Made by a program: the position numbers and the translations under genes. Source: Camelus dromedarius (lineage: Eukaryota). Taken from it: a stretch of DNA of 64,000 nt. The DNA lies in assembly GCF_036321535.1 (NCBI RefSeq), contig NC_087437.1:2480001-2544000 (forward strand), given 5' to 3'. Positions 1-11,820 of the stretch are shown here, piece after piece; positions within the stretch are counted from its first letter, which is position 1; every line of letters begins with the position of its first letter. The notes beneath the pieces were generated by a model that was given only the letters and a program-made list of their open reading frames with translations, made no database searches and was not told the DNA's origin.

Positions 1-711
1 ATGTATTCTTCAATTAGATGAGGAGTTTTGAATATACTCTTAATGGGATAATTTAGAAAACACAGAGGAATCTATAATATGGATTTTGAGAAACAGAATT
101 TTAATTTCTAAATTTCTATAATTTCAATTATTATTTTAGTCTTAATGCAGAACCAGAGATAGAAATAAAGTAAAACAAACAAACAAACAAATAAAACAAT
201 AACCTCTTTCCTCACAACTCTCTGATACCAAAAGAAAAAGTGTCCAAGGGGAAAAAAACAGACACATGCTATGCAGTTTTGGAACTGAAAGGCCCCAGGA
301 AGAGGCCATGATTATCACAGTAAGTAGCTGTGTGCACTGAAGATGTCCCTGAAGCACGAGTATTATACAAGTGCCGTCAGTGTGGATTAAAAGTCAAAGA
401 ACCCTTATCCTTGGCCAAGCTTCACACTTCCTCTATGGTGGGAAACCTTTTCACAGTACAGTTTTCCTGTCACTATATATGTTCTAGTCCATTTTGCTTC
501 AGCCTTATCTTCAGTATTTACCAAAGTAAAAAAAAGAAAAGAAAAAGAAAAAAATCAACCTGTCATATTTTTATAAAATGGTTTACTCTGACCAAATTTC
601 TAACACAAACATAAAACAATGATAGGCAGAGCACTGCTAAATTTTAAGAGTAAATACTACACAAAACTAAATTCAGAGCAGAAAAATGAATTTCACAAGA
701 GAACACTTTAC

Positions 712-781
712 CTTGGGAGTAAGAGCTAAGTCATCATCCGATGGAGGCCTTGAATCATCAATATCATCTTTGGGTGAAACG
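712..781 (-). CDS. ANKRD26: ANKRD26-like exon 9 (70 nt), VSPKDDIDDSRPPSDDDLALTPK
   Basis: Resembles ANKRD26 DDSWPTSDDEDL; AAG|GTAAAG donor, phase 2->0. Confidence 0.88.
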
Positions 782-3700
782 CTTTGGAGCAAAAATACAC
801 AACAAAAATGAGTGAGTTCATTTCTTTAAACAAACTAGTCACAAAAGTCTATGCTGAGGGATAAGAAAGCAGATCTGGGAGCCAGGCTGCCTGATGGTCA
901 AGTCACAGCTCAACTACTTGCTAACCATGGAATCATGGGTCAACCAGTCAACCTCCTTAAGCTACACTTGCTTAGTTAACTAACAGTAAGCTGTATCAGC
1001 ACAGCTACTCTGCAAAGCTGTTGTGGTGACTGTACGAGGTAACAAATGTCAAGTACATAACACGGTGTCTAACCCAGAGTAGGACACTCAACAAGCCTTG
1101 TTTCTTTTCTCTGTGTTCCCTTAGTCAACATGTAATTTTCAAAAATCCATAAAATCCTACCTGATGACAGAGATATCTTCATTCCTCGGTGAAACCTCAA
1201 CCATTAAATCCGCTATTAAGGAAAAAAGTAAAATAGACTTCATATCAGCAATAGAAAAACACAGAATATTTAAAGTGTAAGACCAATGTTCTGTTAACAA
1301 GCTTTCCTTTGGGACCACACCTGGAGACTACACACTTGAGTGAATACTGAGTATACTCCTGGTAGGTAATTAATGCATAAAAGCCACTACCCCTCCTTTA
1401 TATTTACCAAAAAGAAAAAGGGTGTTTATCCAAGTTTGGTATCTTGAAGTGAATTGTTGTTTACAAGGACCAAAATCCCAACCAAACTTTACAAGACTCA
1501 CAAAAGAATGATAATCATTACTACAATCAGCATCATAAACTGACAACATCACGCTCACACAGCGTGGTGTTTCTGGACGACACCCATGGGACTAACCCAC
1601 CCTGCCATTTAGCTTTGTCAGCCTCGTGTTATCTGGGCACGGTCATCCCTTTTCGTTCACATACGGTCTAGGGCTGCCTTCACACTGCAATGGCAGACAT
1701 GAGTACATGTGACAGACACCACATGGCCTAAAATATTGACTCTCTGGCCCTTTGTAGAAAAAGCTTGTGCATCCCTGCCTTATGTCACAACCAGGAAACC
1801 CTAAGACTCACGTCGAATCTTCTTACTCTTCTGCTCAACATTCTTCAGTGGATCCATGCGGCTGCCATTGCTGGTTCCCAACTCGACAACCATTTCTTCT
1901 TTGTCGTCCTTGCCAGACAATTGCAACTTTTCTTTGATGTTTTCTGCCCCAGTACGCGAAGAAGGTAATCTCTTCCTAGCTGCAAAAAGAGAAATGATTA
2001 TTCTGCGGTCATCACAGTAACTACATCTCCTTCCCCCGTGGCTGGTTTAGGCATGAGCATGCGATGTAGCCCAGCCAGTAAGATGCCAGGGGAAGTCTAC
2101 CGGAAGCGTCTGTTTTCTTCCTCGTTAACAGGAAACATGCAGAGGGAAGCAGCCCTCCTCGCCTGCGGATACTGTCAGGTGAGAAGACGACGCTTGGAGC
2201 TGCTGCCAATCAGCAGACCAGGAAAGGCGACATCAAACACCAGCAGCCTCACAGCTGAAGGAGGGACAGCGTCTGGGATCCTGACGACATCACCGAACCT
2301 TCTAACCAATCCTGACTCCTGTTGCTGTAGCCACTGTTACTTAGGGCTCCTATTATTATTTGTGGCTAAAAGCATTCTGACACATTTCCCAAGGTCTACA
2401 GCAGACCTCCTCCTTTCTATAGTACTAGAAAGGCTTTCAGAAGCGTGCCTGAGCTAGGTAGTCACCTCGTTCCCAACCATTCCTACAGCATCCTTCCTGC
2501 ACCAACAAAACGAAACTCATAGATCCTGCAAAGTTCACTGGCACATCTTAGCCTCTGCACTGCTGTCCTTTCTGCCAAATGTAATCTTCAAAGATGTTCC
2601 GCCCACCAAACACTGCCCTTCTGCCTCCTTCCCTGGCAAACTTCTACTCGCTCTGCATGGCTTACCTGACATCCTACCCACTTTTCAAAAACTTCTTTCC
2701 TCACCATGGACTTAAAGTATTTGGCACGTATTAAATACCAATAAAAATATATATAAAGACAGTTACAAAGTCCTCGTGGGCTCTGGGACACAGTAAGCAG
2801 AGAATAAAGTAAAGCAAATCTTAAAAATGGTGATGACAGTAACGAGCTCCCGGAGGCCAGGAACTGTGCTTTTGACCTGTTCGCATTCTGTAAAGTTAGA
2901 GTGGCGATTAGTACCTAAAAGACACTTGAGAGTCATCTGTTAAGTGGATGAATTAACAGATAAGAATGTTTTCTTTGAAAATCCTGTTTAAAAAAAATAC
3001 ACACATTAACCAGGGACAACTCTGTTGTGTTATGAGCACCTTGAAGACCAAAACTCTGTCTATTCCATCTTTGTATTTCCTGAAACAGAAGTTCTTTGCT
3101 TGATCCAGGCCTACCAAGTTAAAGGTGCCCTCATACAGTTCAGACCGAACAGCACCCTAGGGGTCACATCTAGGCAACATAGTCTTCTTTTTTTCATATG
3201 AAGCACTTCTGTGCTTTTATTACAATTTGTTGAGTCCTGAGTTGTGCTATTTGAGTATTTATTATGACAATCCTTTAACTAATGGCAATAGAAAATCTTG
3301 TTCCAACAAAATATAGTTTCATGACAAGAATCCCCCAAAAACAAGAAAACATCTGACTCTCATGAAGGCAACATATCTCATTCTGTTTGCACTTCTGAGG
3401 AATGCAATCGGTAAGAAAGAGACCTTGTTGGTGTAATGATGTGAAAAGTAACCAGTGCTTCTCAACAAGACACTGCTTTCCTGACTTCTGCACTATCACT
3501 AGGTATCTTTAAAAAACAATCTCTTATTAGTATGCTACACACTGGCCCAGCTGTGCAGTTCTAATTGTTGGCCATTTGTTTACAGCACCAGGAAGGTATT
3601 CCTGAGCTCCCAGTGTTAAAGACAATAACTTTTTAGTGAGACTACTCATTATGCAATAACTAGCATTCATTTACTGGAAGTAATCCGTTTGCTGTAAAAA

Positions 3701-6700
3701 TTAAAGATCCAGTTCTGTAACAAGGCCAACTTGTTATAATGTTAGAGGAAATGTACAACAAAGTGAAAACCCTGTTTTTCTTATTTACACAAAGATGTAA
3801 TATGGCATTTCAGGAGCCATGATTAAATAAATGAATTTGTTTTCAGACAATATTGTCTCACATTTTAAATTACCTACAATTAACTTCTTAAATAATTCTG
3901 AATACTAGACCATTAAGAAAAAATTAATGAAAAAAATAAAAACATACATGAAATTTACACACTGGCTTTTTTCACTGCTCTTCCATTATCAAAATTTCCT
4001 CAATCTTACTTCCTTATCTATGGTAGGCCCAACAAGAGTAACTTATTACCAGAACTCTGTCCTAGGTCGGTAGTTTGAGGGGGAGTAGTTGGTATATTTC
4101 CATCCGTGTAGTCGACAATCAGCTGGTAAAGGCTGTGTATTAAAAAATGGGATAAATAAATATTACTACTTGAATACTAATATCAAAAACAATTACCAAG
4201 TATATTAAATTCTTAGATTATTTCAGACAATATCAGAGGTAATATCAAAACTTCAACTGTCCCATATACTTCAAACTTGTACAATCTACACTTTTAAATT
4301 TAGGATGTATAATTAAAAAAGAAAAAAAAGGAAGGTGGAGTAGTCATGAACTGAGGGCAGTACAGCTCAGTAAGTTAACTAGAGCGAGCCTGACATAAGG
4401 AAAGTGTCTCGAAGTCAGAAGTCCCCGCTCTATAACCAACAACTATTTGTTCCTGGAAAAGGGGCTTCTCTTCAGCTCAAAGTCTTCCTTTATAAAACTG
4501 GGATCTTACTGTCTTGTTAGGCAATTAGTTATTAATACTCATAAGACTATTACAAAGATTTAATCAGATAATGTATTCCTCAGATGCTGAGAGAAATAGG
4601 GGAAGAATGGAATAATCTGTTCTTGAACTTTAATGCTGGAACTATTTGAGAATCCCAAATAAAACCCAATGTGTGTTTTTTTTTATAGGTGTAACATTTA
4701 GATGTGGCAGTTTTCAGAAAATGTTACAAATTATGGTGATTAGCTGTTCTTCGTGGTTTATAATTCAGGACACCTCAGCTACTATATAACTTGGAGCTAA
4801 ACTCATTTATAAATATATGACCTCATACAAGCATATGTATGAGAACTAAACAAGCTGTCACGCCGAAGTTTACGTGTCGATCGCCACGAAGACCGCGGAA
4901 ACTGGATCAGCACAGGCATCCCGGGAGCAGAGGTCAGTCATGACCCGACTGCACGACCAGTTTCTTTTTCCTTTTCTTCTTTTAAAATTTTATTAAAGGT
5001 CTTTAGAGAGCAACATCCAGACCCAGACTCAGCTGCCAAGGAGATCCTGTTAAAACTAGTTTTAGTACCAACGCTGCAGCAACAGAATCAAGGGAAACAA
5101 GAGAACGATTAGCATGCCCTCGCCCTGCCCCAATGCCTTTGGGAGAGGATTGTCACTGTGGCCTTAGGGAATCCCTTAGGTTCTCGAAAAATTCAAGAGG
5201 AAGATTATAGAAGAAAGCCCCCAAAGGAAAATACAGGATTTTCTGCTCTGCTAAACATTTCAAGACCCAAATGACTAGTTAGAAAAATCAGATATGTGAC
5301 ATTACTTGGACCGCAAGCATAGGGGTTACACTGGAATGAAATGGAGACCAGTAGGACCCTAAGGATAAAGGTCTTACAAACCCTGAGATAAAGAACCCCG
5401 TGCCCACTGCTCCATCTCACTAGTCTGGCCTTTTGCTGGTTTCCAGCTGGTGATGGGGAGGGTCTCACTGCCATCCCCAAAGTGCCTGCTCCCAACTAGG
5501 AACTCTCACCTGTCATGTAACAAGGAACAGTTAGGTCATTTTCAACCTCAATTTACAGATAACTGCCATTTTAATGTAAACACTTACTGTTTAAAACCAT
5601 TACGACAAGCATATCTTTCAGCAGACATTCCGTGTAAATCTCGAGAACTGGCATTAACGTGCTTCTGAAGCAGCAGCTTGACTGTGTCCGGTGAGTCATG
5701 AAACACAGCAAGCATGAGCGCTGATCTAAAATAAAAGAGACAACTTCACCCTTAGGAACTTAGTTAGCGTAACTCAAGCAGTTAATTTGGTCTAGTTTAC
5801 CAAGTTAATATCTAGCCCACCCCTGGAGAACTGACCATTTACATGCTCAAGTGCTCATCTTTGCAAATCCCCTCCAAGGCCAAAATGGAGGGACAAAAAG
5901 AAGCCTCCTGTCCTACTAGGGTAGCACATAGTAGAAGCTGCTAACTTAAAGTCCTCTGATGGACAAGAAAGGATACTGAGGTCACTTATCTGAAGTAGGT
6001 AAAGGTTTAAATAAAGGATTCCCCATTTCTTCTCTAGTCTGAAATATAATACTTTAAAATCAGCTAGAGGTCAGGTAAGGAGAAGCTGTTTGCAGGCTGA
6101 AAACAGTAACATGAATAAAAATGGCAACAAAAATAGTCACGGCTGCAGTTAACCACGCTGAGAAGCATGTGCCCGGCACTAACCTGAACAGTCTACGCAT
6201 GGTCTTTCTTAGGCACAACCACCCTTGAAGGATGTACGACGACCCTCCTTTACGTGACAGGAAACGTACTGGTTGGTGATAAATCATGTCCCCCAGGTAA
6301 CACACCTGACCAGCAGGAGAGCTGGGAATTCAACCTCGTCTGACTCTAAAGCCCAGCTCCTTCCTCTCTATCATCCACCAATGACCTGTCTTCTTTAAAG
6401 GGAGTGCTTATTGAATAATTCGAGCTATTTTTCTTCCTTCTACCATTATCAATTGAAAATAAAAACATCAAACTGTACTAGAAATGAAAAAGGATAAAAA
6501 CTGATGAGCCCACAGTATCTGGTCATAGTTACTCTCTTAGTGATACTCACTTAGTGATAACCTAAACACATCACTATCCTTCAAAGAAAGTAATTTAAAG
6601 CATCCAAAAGGCAAAACAAACTCCTCTCTGTTTAATATGCATCTTTTAAGAAAAAAATATACACCAAGTAGAGGTTAAAAAAATTATAAAATGAAGAAAT

Positions 6701-9700
6701 TCAACACTGTCTCATAAGGTAAATTAAAATTAGAGTCCATACTAATAAAACTAAAATGAAATCCCTGAACTATGGTAAGATCACATGACCAAAAAAATCA
6801 GGTTGCAAATGACAGCAGTCACTACCATAAAGGAAGATGAATCCTGCTGCATACCGTTCTTCGTGACACCAGGCAGAATAATTGCTTTTCTACCTGACTG
6901 AGGATGTGTTGATTCCAAGTTAATCCTCTTCTTATTAAGTTAATCTTTCTGATTGGCTGTTACTACTCTAGAACAACATTAAGATTAAACAAAAAAAAAA
7001 AGAGGGAGAGAGAACAAACTATTGTACCTTTGCATCTTGTCGACTGCATGTACATTTGCCCCGTTCTCAATCAAAAATTTGACCATCTCTTCTTTGTTCT
7101 CCCTGACGGCGACTAAAAATGGTGTGAAGTTAGACTGTAAAATAGTAAAAACATTTGATAATGTACAAAATTACATATACATTTCAAAACTGAATTTAAA
7201 AACTTAAGCCTCTGAACTTAAAACATATACTATAAAAAAGTAAATAACAAGTAGCCCCTTCCTCCTCGCCCCTCTGTGCCCCTTCTCTTAAAAAGGTTCC
7301 TCCTTGGCCTCCTGGAAAGTTTCCCTGTGAAGTCATTCTCTGAAACCCACTTCAGACATTTGCTGGTTCCAAGAACCTTCGCTTCTATCGCAGCGTGTGT
7401 CAGGCATTCTCTAGTTACCTTACTGCTCAACTACTACTCCTGACACTCTAAACACTGCTCCAGAGAGAGCCATTTAGCTACTGAATCAACTACATTTTTA
7501 AGGAGCCACGCTGAGGAGAAAGATACCATACTGTCTGCAACATGCATAACCTATCCAGTTACAACTACGACTAATCTCATAAAGCTTGCACACATTCCAA
7601 TGGGAATATGACTACTTGCATGTAAAGAAAAGGTTTTTCTTAAACCAACTTATAAATTCTAATTTGAAAACTTCCATCCCACTCTTAAGGGATTATTATA
7701 AAATATGAAGTAGACTATAAATTAATATAGGCTGTCTTTAAAATATTGAAATACTTATCAAAATATACAACAGGAATTGTAAATTCAAATGCTTACAGAG
7801 GCAACATAGGTGGCCCGAGTAAGTGAAGGTCCCAGGTGAGGACAGCACACCGGAGAACACACGCCCCACCGAGAAGGGGCCACCTCTGCAGGGCAGACCG
7901 TACAGGAGCCTGGGCTCAAGGGGGACCAGATTTGATTCTTGAGGAGAAGTTCTGAAGTGCAGATTTCTGCACAAGTCTCCTAAATTTTAAATGTTGACTC
8001 AATGTGTGGAGACAAACTGAACATACCCAGGGCCATGTTTAGTCTATAGCCCACTTGTGTTTTTATGTTTGCTGTGTTTCCAAACAGTTGGGTGTAAATC
8101 AAGTATTTGTATGTAAAACCTTGCCTTCCTGTAGAATCATATGTCTTACACACGAAAACACTGGACCCCAACATGAAATAAAAATTGTGATTAAGACTCA
8201 TAATACCCACTTCAAGAATTTTTCCAATGCCTGCTAAAACTACAATCTACCTGTATCTTATTCTCCCTGATTGTTAATCAAATGGATCATCAGTTCATAA
8301 GACGGCTGAAACTAAATTATTATAACAATTCCAATTTGTTACTAATGTCATGGGTCTTGATGTTTAAAACTGCCATCTTGCATGGTACACTTATATACAA
8401 TGGAATACGACTCAGCCATAAAAAAGAATGAAATAATGCCACTTGCAGCAACATCGAAGGACCTAGAGAGTCTCATACTGAGTGAGGTAAGTCAGAAAGT
8501 GAAAGACAAATCCCATAGGCTATCACTTAATATGTGGACTCTAAAATATGATACAAATGAACTTATTTACAAAGCAGAAACAGACTCACAGACATAGAAA
8601 ACAAACTGGTGGTTACCAAAGGGGAAAGGGGTGGGAGAAGAATAAATTAGCAGTTTTGGACTAGCAGATAGAAACTACTATATATAAAATAGATGAACAA
8701 CAAGGTCCTACTGTATATACTACAGGGAACTATACTCAATATCCTGTAATACACCATAACGGAAAAGAATATGAATATATATATGTACATACATATAACA
8801 GAAAAAGAATATATATAGCTGAATAAGAATATATATATAATTGAATAAGAATATATATAACTGAATAAGAATTTTATATTTAACTGAATAAGAATATATA
8901 TATATAACTGAATAAGAATATATATATATAAAATAGAACCACTTTGCTGTACACCAGAAACTATCACAACACTGTAACTAGACTTTAATTTTAAAAAGCT
9001 GTCATCTTGATTATGTTAGGGCTCAGTGAATCTAACAGATAGATTGCAAGAGTCTGTCACACAGCTTTAACCAAAAGAAGGCTCATGATTTCCTATTACT
9101 GCAATCAGAAAAACCCTGTTGACCTAATGACCTGGATGGGAACAAATGGTGCAATATCTTTAAAGGGTCTGACTCTACTTACTGAATCACTCACCACAAC
9201 CAAGTTTCTAAGACTGTCTGAGAGCCACTGAATGATCAGTGGTTAGAAGGGAAAAGGAGCTACTCTTCAAGGCAATAGATACTGCCAGTAATATTGCCAG
9301 GAAGAGACGGATAGAAGTCAGGCTAACATGGCTGGAAACGAGAGCACTGAAAGAAGCAGCATCTATCAAACCCCCGCTCTTCCAGAGACGTCTTCTTTTT
9401 GAGATCTGTGAATTTACATGTATTATATATATCCATTCAATAGTCCTTAACCAAGGGTTGTATCAGAATCTCAGGGAAGTATTTCCAAATACCTGTGTCC
9501 AGACCTGAGTAGGCTTATTCAATCCAAATCTTCAGGGGAGAGCCAGGAGGAAAAGCAGGAGGACCACCTGCGCCATCACTTGCTCCCCACCTACGGCCAC
9601 AGCCCCGCAGGGGAGCTGCACCCGGCTGAGCATGGAAGAACCCAAGGTGAAGGTGTACGTGGAGGGCCATGTGGCCACCAGCACAGGTGAATGCCCCTGC

Positions 9701-11492
9701 TGGCTGTCAAACATGACCTGACCTCACTTGCCCAGATTCTAGAACCTGGGATCCTGGGGTGCTCAGGGCCTGTGGTTTGCTGCCTCCCCTGCCCAGGTGC
9801 AGTCACCCAGCTCCCCTTGCTGGGTACTGGGTTCCTTCCTCCTCCCACCCACCCCCAGGCAGGCACCCAGCCCTTGCCATCACTTCACTCCCCGCAAGCC
9901 TTCATCTTCTCTAGGCTCTGAGCCTACCACCCACTCCCAGGCACTTCCTAATGGGAAGTTGCTCCTTCTGGGGTACAAGTGCGGCTGGGAGACAGAGCTC
10001 TGCCCTTTCTGTGGGCACTACCTCTAACCCCTGGCCTTGGCTTTGGAGTTGTTTCCATGGTAACAGGGCCTGGTGTATTCAGTATACATTCTACTATAAA
10101 TAAAACACCTGTAGCTAGAAAAATCCCTGTATTTCAAATATCTTGTAAATAGTCAGCTGAGCTATACCTGGTTTATCGCCTCGATGTTTGCCTTATAGTG
10201 GAGCAGCTCTGCTGCAATTGATGTATCTTCAGCCAAGACGGCGTAATGCAGAGCAGTGTTCTGACAGTTGTCCGCAAGATTTGGGTCAGCACCCTGTTTC
10301 AGCAGGATAGTGACACACACTTCTTTCTGGCATTGTACAGCCTGTTGGTATCACACCAAGAAACAGACTGTAAGTACTAGGCATTCCAAGTTAACATTCC
10401 TCAAGTCCCAGCAGCTCGTTATATTTAAAACAGATACATTCATTTTTATTCTAAGTAAGTAAATCGAATCCATCTCACGTGGACACGGTTGGCTGCTACA
10501 CACCTTGATGAGAGCTGTCTTGCTTTCCTCATCACGAGCATCCAGGTCACACTTCCACTGGATAAGGAGAGCCACCACTGATGACTGGCCGCTGGCGCAG
10601 GCTAAGTGTAGTGCAGTCCTGAGAACATGAGAGGACTTTTTAGGAAATTAGAGCGTACTAGTTCAAAGGTACAGTTACTCGTGTAATTGTAAACATTCAA
10701 CAGCATGCTATTCCTACCCCTTTAAAACTAACATTTAGTCTTCTTATCTTCGTTCTTTCTATGGGGAAAGAACAATATTTATTAGCTCTTATTACTCACC
10801 ACATTAATGGAAGAACTACCTGTTTCAATAGAAAGGGCATGCCGTTGAGATTCAGCTCACCTTGGGTCTGACTTCTACTTTAACTCTGTCCCTTATTAGC
10901 TCTCACTTAGCCTGACTGTGCCTCAATTTCCTCATCAACAAAATGGGCATGAAGTAGTAGTTATCTTACAGGACGCCGCCATGATGCTTAAATGAAAAGC
11001 TATGCAAAGTGTCTGGCAGTTGAACAGCTCAATAATTGTTAGATAATATTATAATTGTTACCTTTACTGTTTTACCAAGACAACATTTCAATTAAGTAAA
11101 ATGATAGTGTATCTACTTTGCTGCTGCAAGGATGAGAACACTGTACTTCAATGATTCTAACATGCTCATTGTCTCACACTTGAACATCTCTGACATGGGA
11201 AGGCAATTTAAAATCCATGTCTTACAACCACAGTTGGCAGCTCCTCCTAGGCCCGCCCCACCCCGCACCACCTCTGTTACCTGTTCTTCCTGTCTCTGCT
11301 GTCTACATTTTTCTTATGTGACAGCAGCTCCTGCACTGTACGCGTGTCACCTAAATATGCGGCTTTGTGGAACTCCTTTAGCTCACACCTATGGACATGA
11401 TACCCAGGCACAGGCTTCTCATGACTCCTGCGCTCTCTCTGATGGATGCTGAAGTCCACCCAGTTCACGAACTCAACGAGTCTCTTCTTCAT
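712..11492 (-). CDS. ANKRD26: ANKRD26-like gene, 5' part (exons 1-9, ankyrin-repeat region); continues off the left edge
   Basis: Nine GT-AG exons in compatible phases encoding MKK...PGYHV...FHKAA, TALHLACA, TALHYAV and other ankyrin motifs. Family-level match to ANKRD26/POTE; probably a paralogue, not the orthologue. Confidence 0.88.
870..1100 (+). mobile_element. MIR remnant (duplicated at ~63470-63700)
   Basis: ggagccaggctgcct..cagctcaactacttgcta motif. Confidence 0.55.
1161..1212 (-). CDS. ANKRD26: ANKRD26-like exon 8 (52 nt), DLMVEVSPRNEDISVIS
   Basis: AG/GT bounded; phase 1->2 bridges the flanking exons. Confidence 0.75.
1560..1780 (+). mobile_element. MER58-like hAT DNA transposon remnant
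   Basis: gcctaaaatattgactctctggccctttgtagaaaaag terminus. Confidence 0.65.
1812..1979 (-). CDS. Putative exon 7 (168 nt), ARKRLPSSRTGAENIKEKLQLSGKDDKEEMVVELGTSNGSRMDPLKNVEQKSKKIR
   Basis: Strong acceptor tctctttttgcag|, donor |GTGAGT, open, symmetric phase 1->1, purine-rich. Confidence 0.7.
4050..4132 (-). CDS. ANKRD26: ANKRD26-like exon 6 (83 nt), LYQLIVDYTDGNIPTTPPQTTDLGQSS
   Basis: Resembles the QLISEYKE exon; phase 2->1 using the GTAATA donor. Confidence 0.8.
4856..5500 (-). mobile_element. Solo ERV LTR-like element in intron 5
   Basis: TG terminus at 4856, CpG-retaining U5-like end, minus-strand AATAAA (~4989) and TATA-like (~5205); TSD not found. Confidence 0.5.
5588..5725 (-). CDS. 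ANKRD26: ANKRD26/POTE-like exon 5 (138 nt), SALMLAVFHDSPDTVKLLLQKHVNASSRDLHGMSAERYA
   Basis: Ankyrin repeat, tttag|A acceptor, |GTAAGT donor, phase 2->2. Confidence 0.9.
7028..7134 (-). CDS. ANKRD26: ANKRD26-like exon 4 (107 nt), SNFTPFLVAVRENKEEMVKFLIENGANVHAVDKMQR
   Basis: AG/GT bounded ankyrin repeat, phase 0->2. Confidence 0.93.
8381..8994 (+). mobile_element. 5'-truncated L1 3' end with internal (ATAACTGAATAAGAATATATAT)n array
   Basis: L1 ORF2 C-terminus (TMEYDSAIKKNEIMP) and 3'UTR; TSD aaaactgccatcttg / aaagctgtcatcttg. Confidence 0.88.
10051..10064. promoter_or_regulatory. Near-perfect RFX X-box GTTTCCATGGTAAC in intron 3
   Basis: Palindromic match to the RFX consensus. Confidence 0.4.
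10168..10341 (-). CDS. ANKRD26: ANKRD26-like exon 3 (174 nt), AVQCQKEVCVTILLKQGADPNLADNCQNTALHYAV...ANIEAINQ
   Basis: AG/GT bounded, open, ankyrin repeats, phase 0->0. Confidence 0.93.
10504..10618 (-). CDS. ANKRD26: ANKRD26-like exon 2 (115 nt), TALHLACASGQSSVVALLIQWKCDLDARDEESKTALIK
   Basis: AG/GT bounded ankyrin repeat, phase 2->0. Confidence 0.93.
10840..11050 (+). mobile_element. MIR remnant
   Basis: ctgtgcctcaatttcctcatc..aaaatggg core. Confidence 0.6.
11281..11492 (-). CDS. ANKRD26: ANKRD26-like exon 1 (212 nt), MKKRLVEF...DSRDRKNR
   Basis: ATG at 11492, donor AG|GTAACA; PGYHV..E..FHKAA motif of the ANKRD26/POTE first exon. Confidence 0.88.
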
Positions 11493-11639
11493 CTGGCTTA
11501 TCGCCTTCCGACACCGCTCACTTCCCTCCTGGTCTCTTGCCACCTCCCAATCTCAGCGCTGGCGCTGCAGAAGAGCCACAGAGGTCTCGCTGCCACACCT
11601 TGGCTGTGAAGCTCAGCGGCTTGGAATGTTTGGTCCGGA

Positions 11640-11820
11640 ACACTCGTAGCCTAGCAACAGCACTGACCCTCAACTGTCCCTCAACTGTCCCTCCAGAGCC
11701 AGTGTCCCTGTGAGTGTGCACAGAGGCCCAGAGGCCCAGGGTGCCCGGTGCGCACGTGGGAGCCTAAGTCATTTCAAATCTCTGCAATTGCTTGTGGGCC
11801 ATTTTGGATTCCTTTGAAAT
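11640..11820 (-). promoter_or_regulatory. Proximal promoter of the ANKRD26-like gene: RFX X-box (11646-11658), tandem MYB sites CAACTG (11671, 11682), E-box CACGTG (11753), CHR-like TTTGAA
   Basis: Motifs read directly, 150-330 bp upstream of the ATG. Confidence 0.6.

Larger units (their letters stand above)
1..1402 (+). repeat. Segmental/tandem duplication, copy A of overlap (unit ~62.6 kb)
   Basis: Matches 62593-64000 base for base except ~17 substitutions and one 6-bp indel (hand count). ORF pairs 142..357/62734..62949 and 330..614/62922..63212 are near identical. Confidence 0.97.

Noticed and set aside
8800..8930. Regularly spaced ~22-bp repeats (CRISPR-like spacing)
   Set aside because: No unique spacers; simple minisatellite in an L1 3'UTR of a mammal.
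8382..8967. ORFs 8382..8597 and 8647..8967
   Set aside because: L1 ORF2 tail and low-complexity AT array, not genes.
11493..11543. N-terminal extension MARDQEG... in the ORF track
   Set aside because: Starts at GTG; the ATG at 11492 (MKK) matches the family start.
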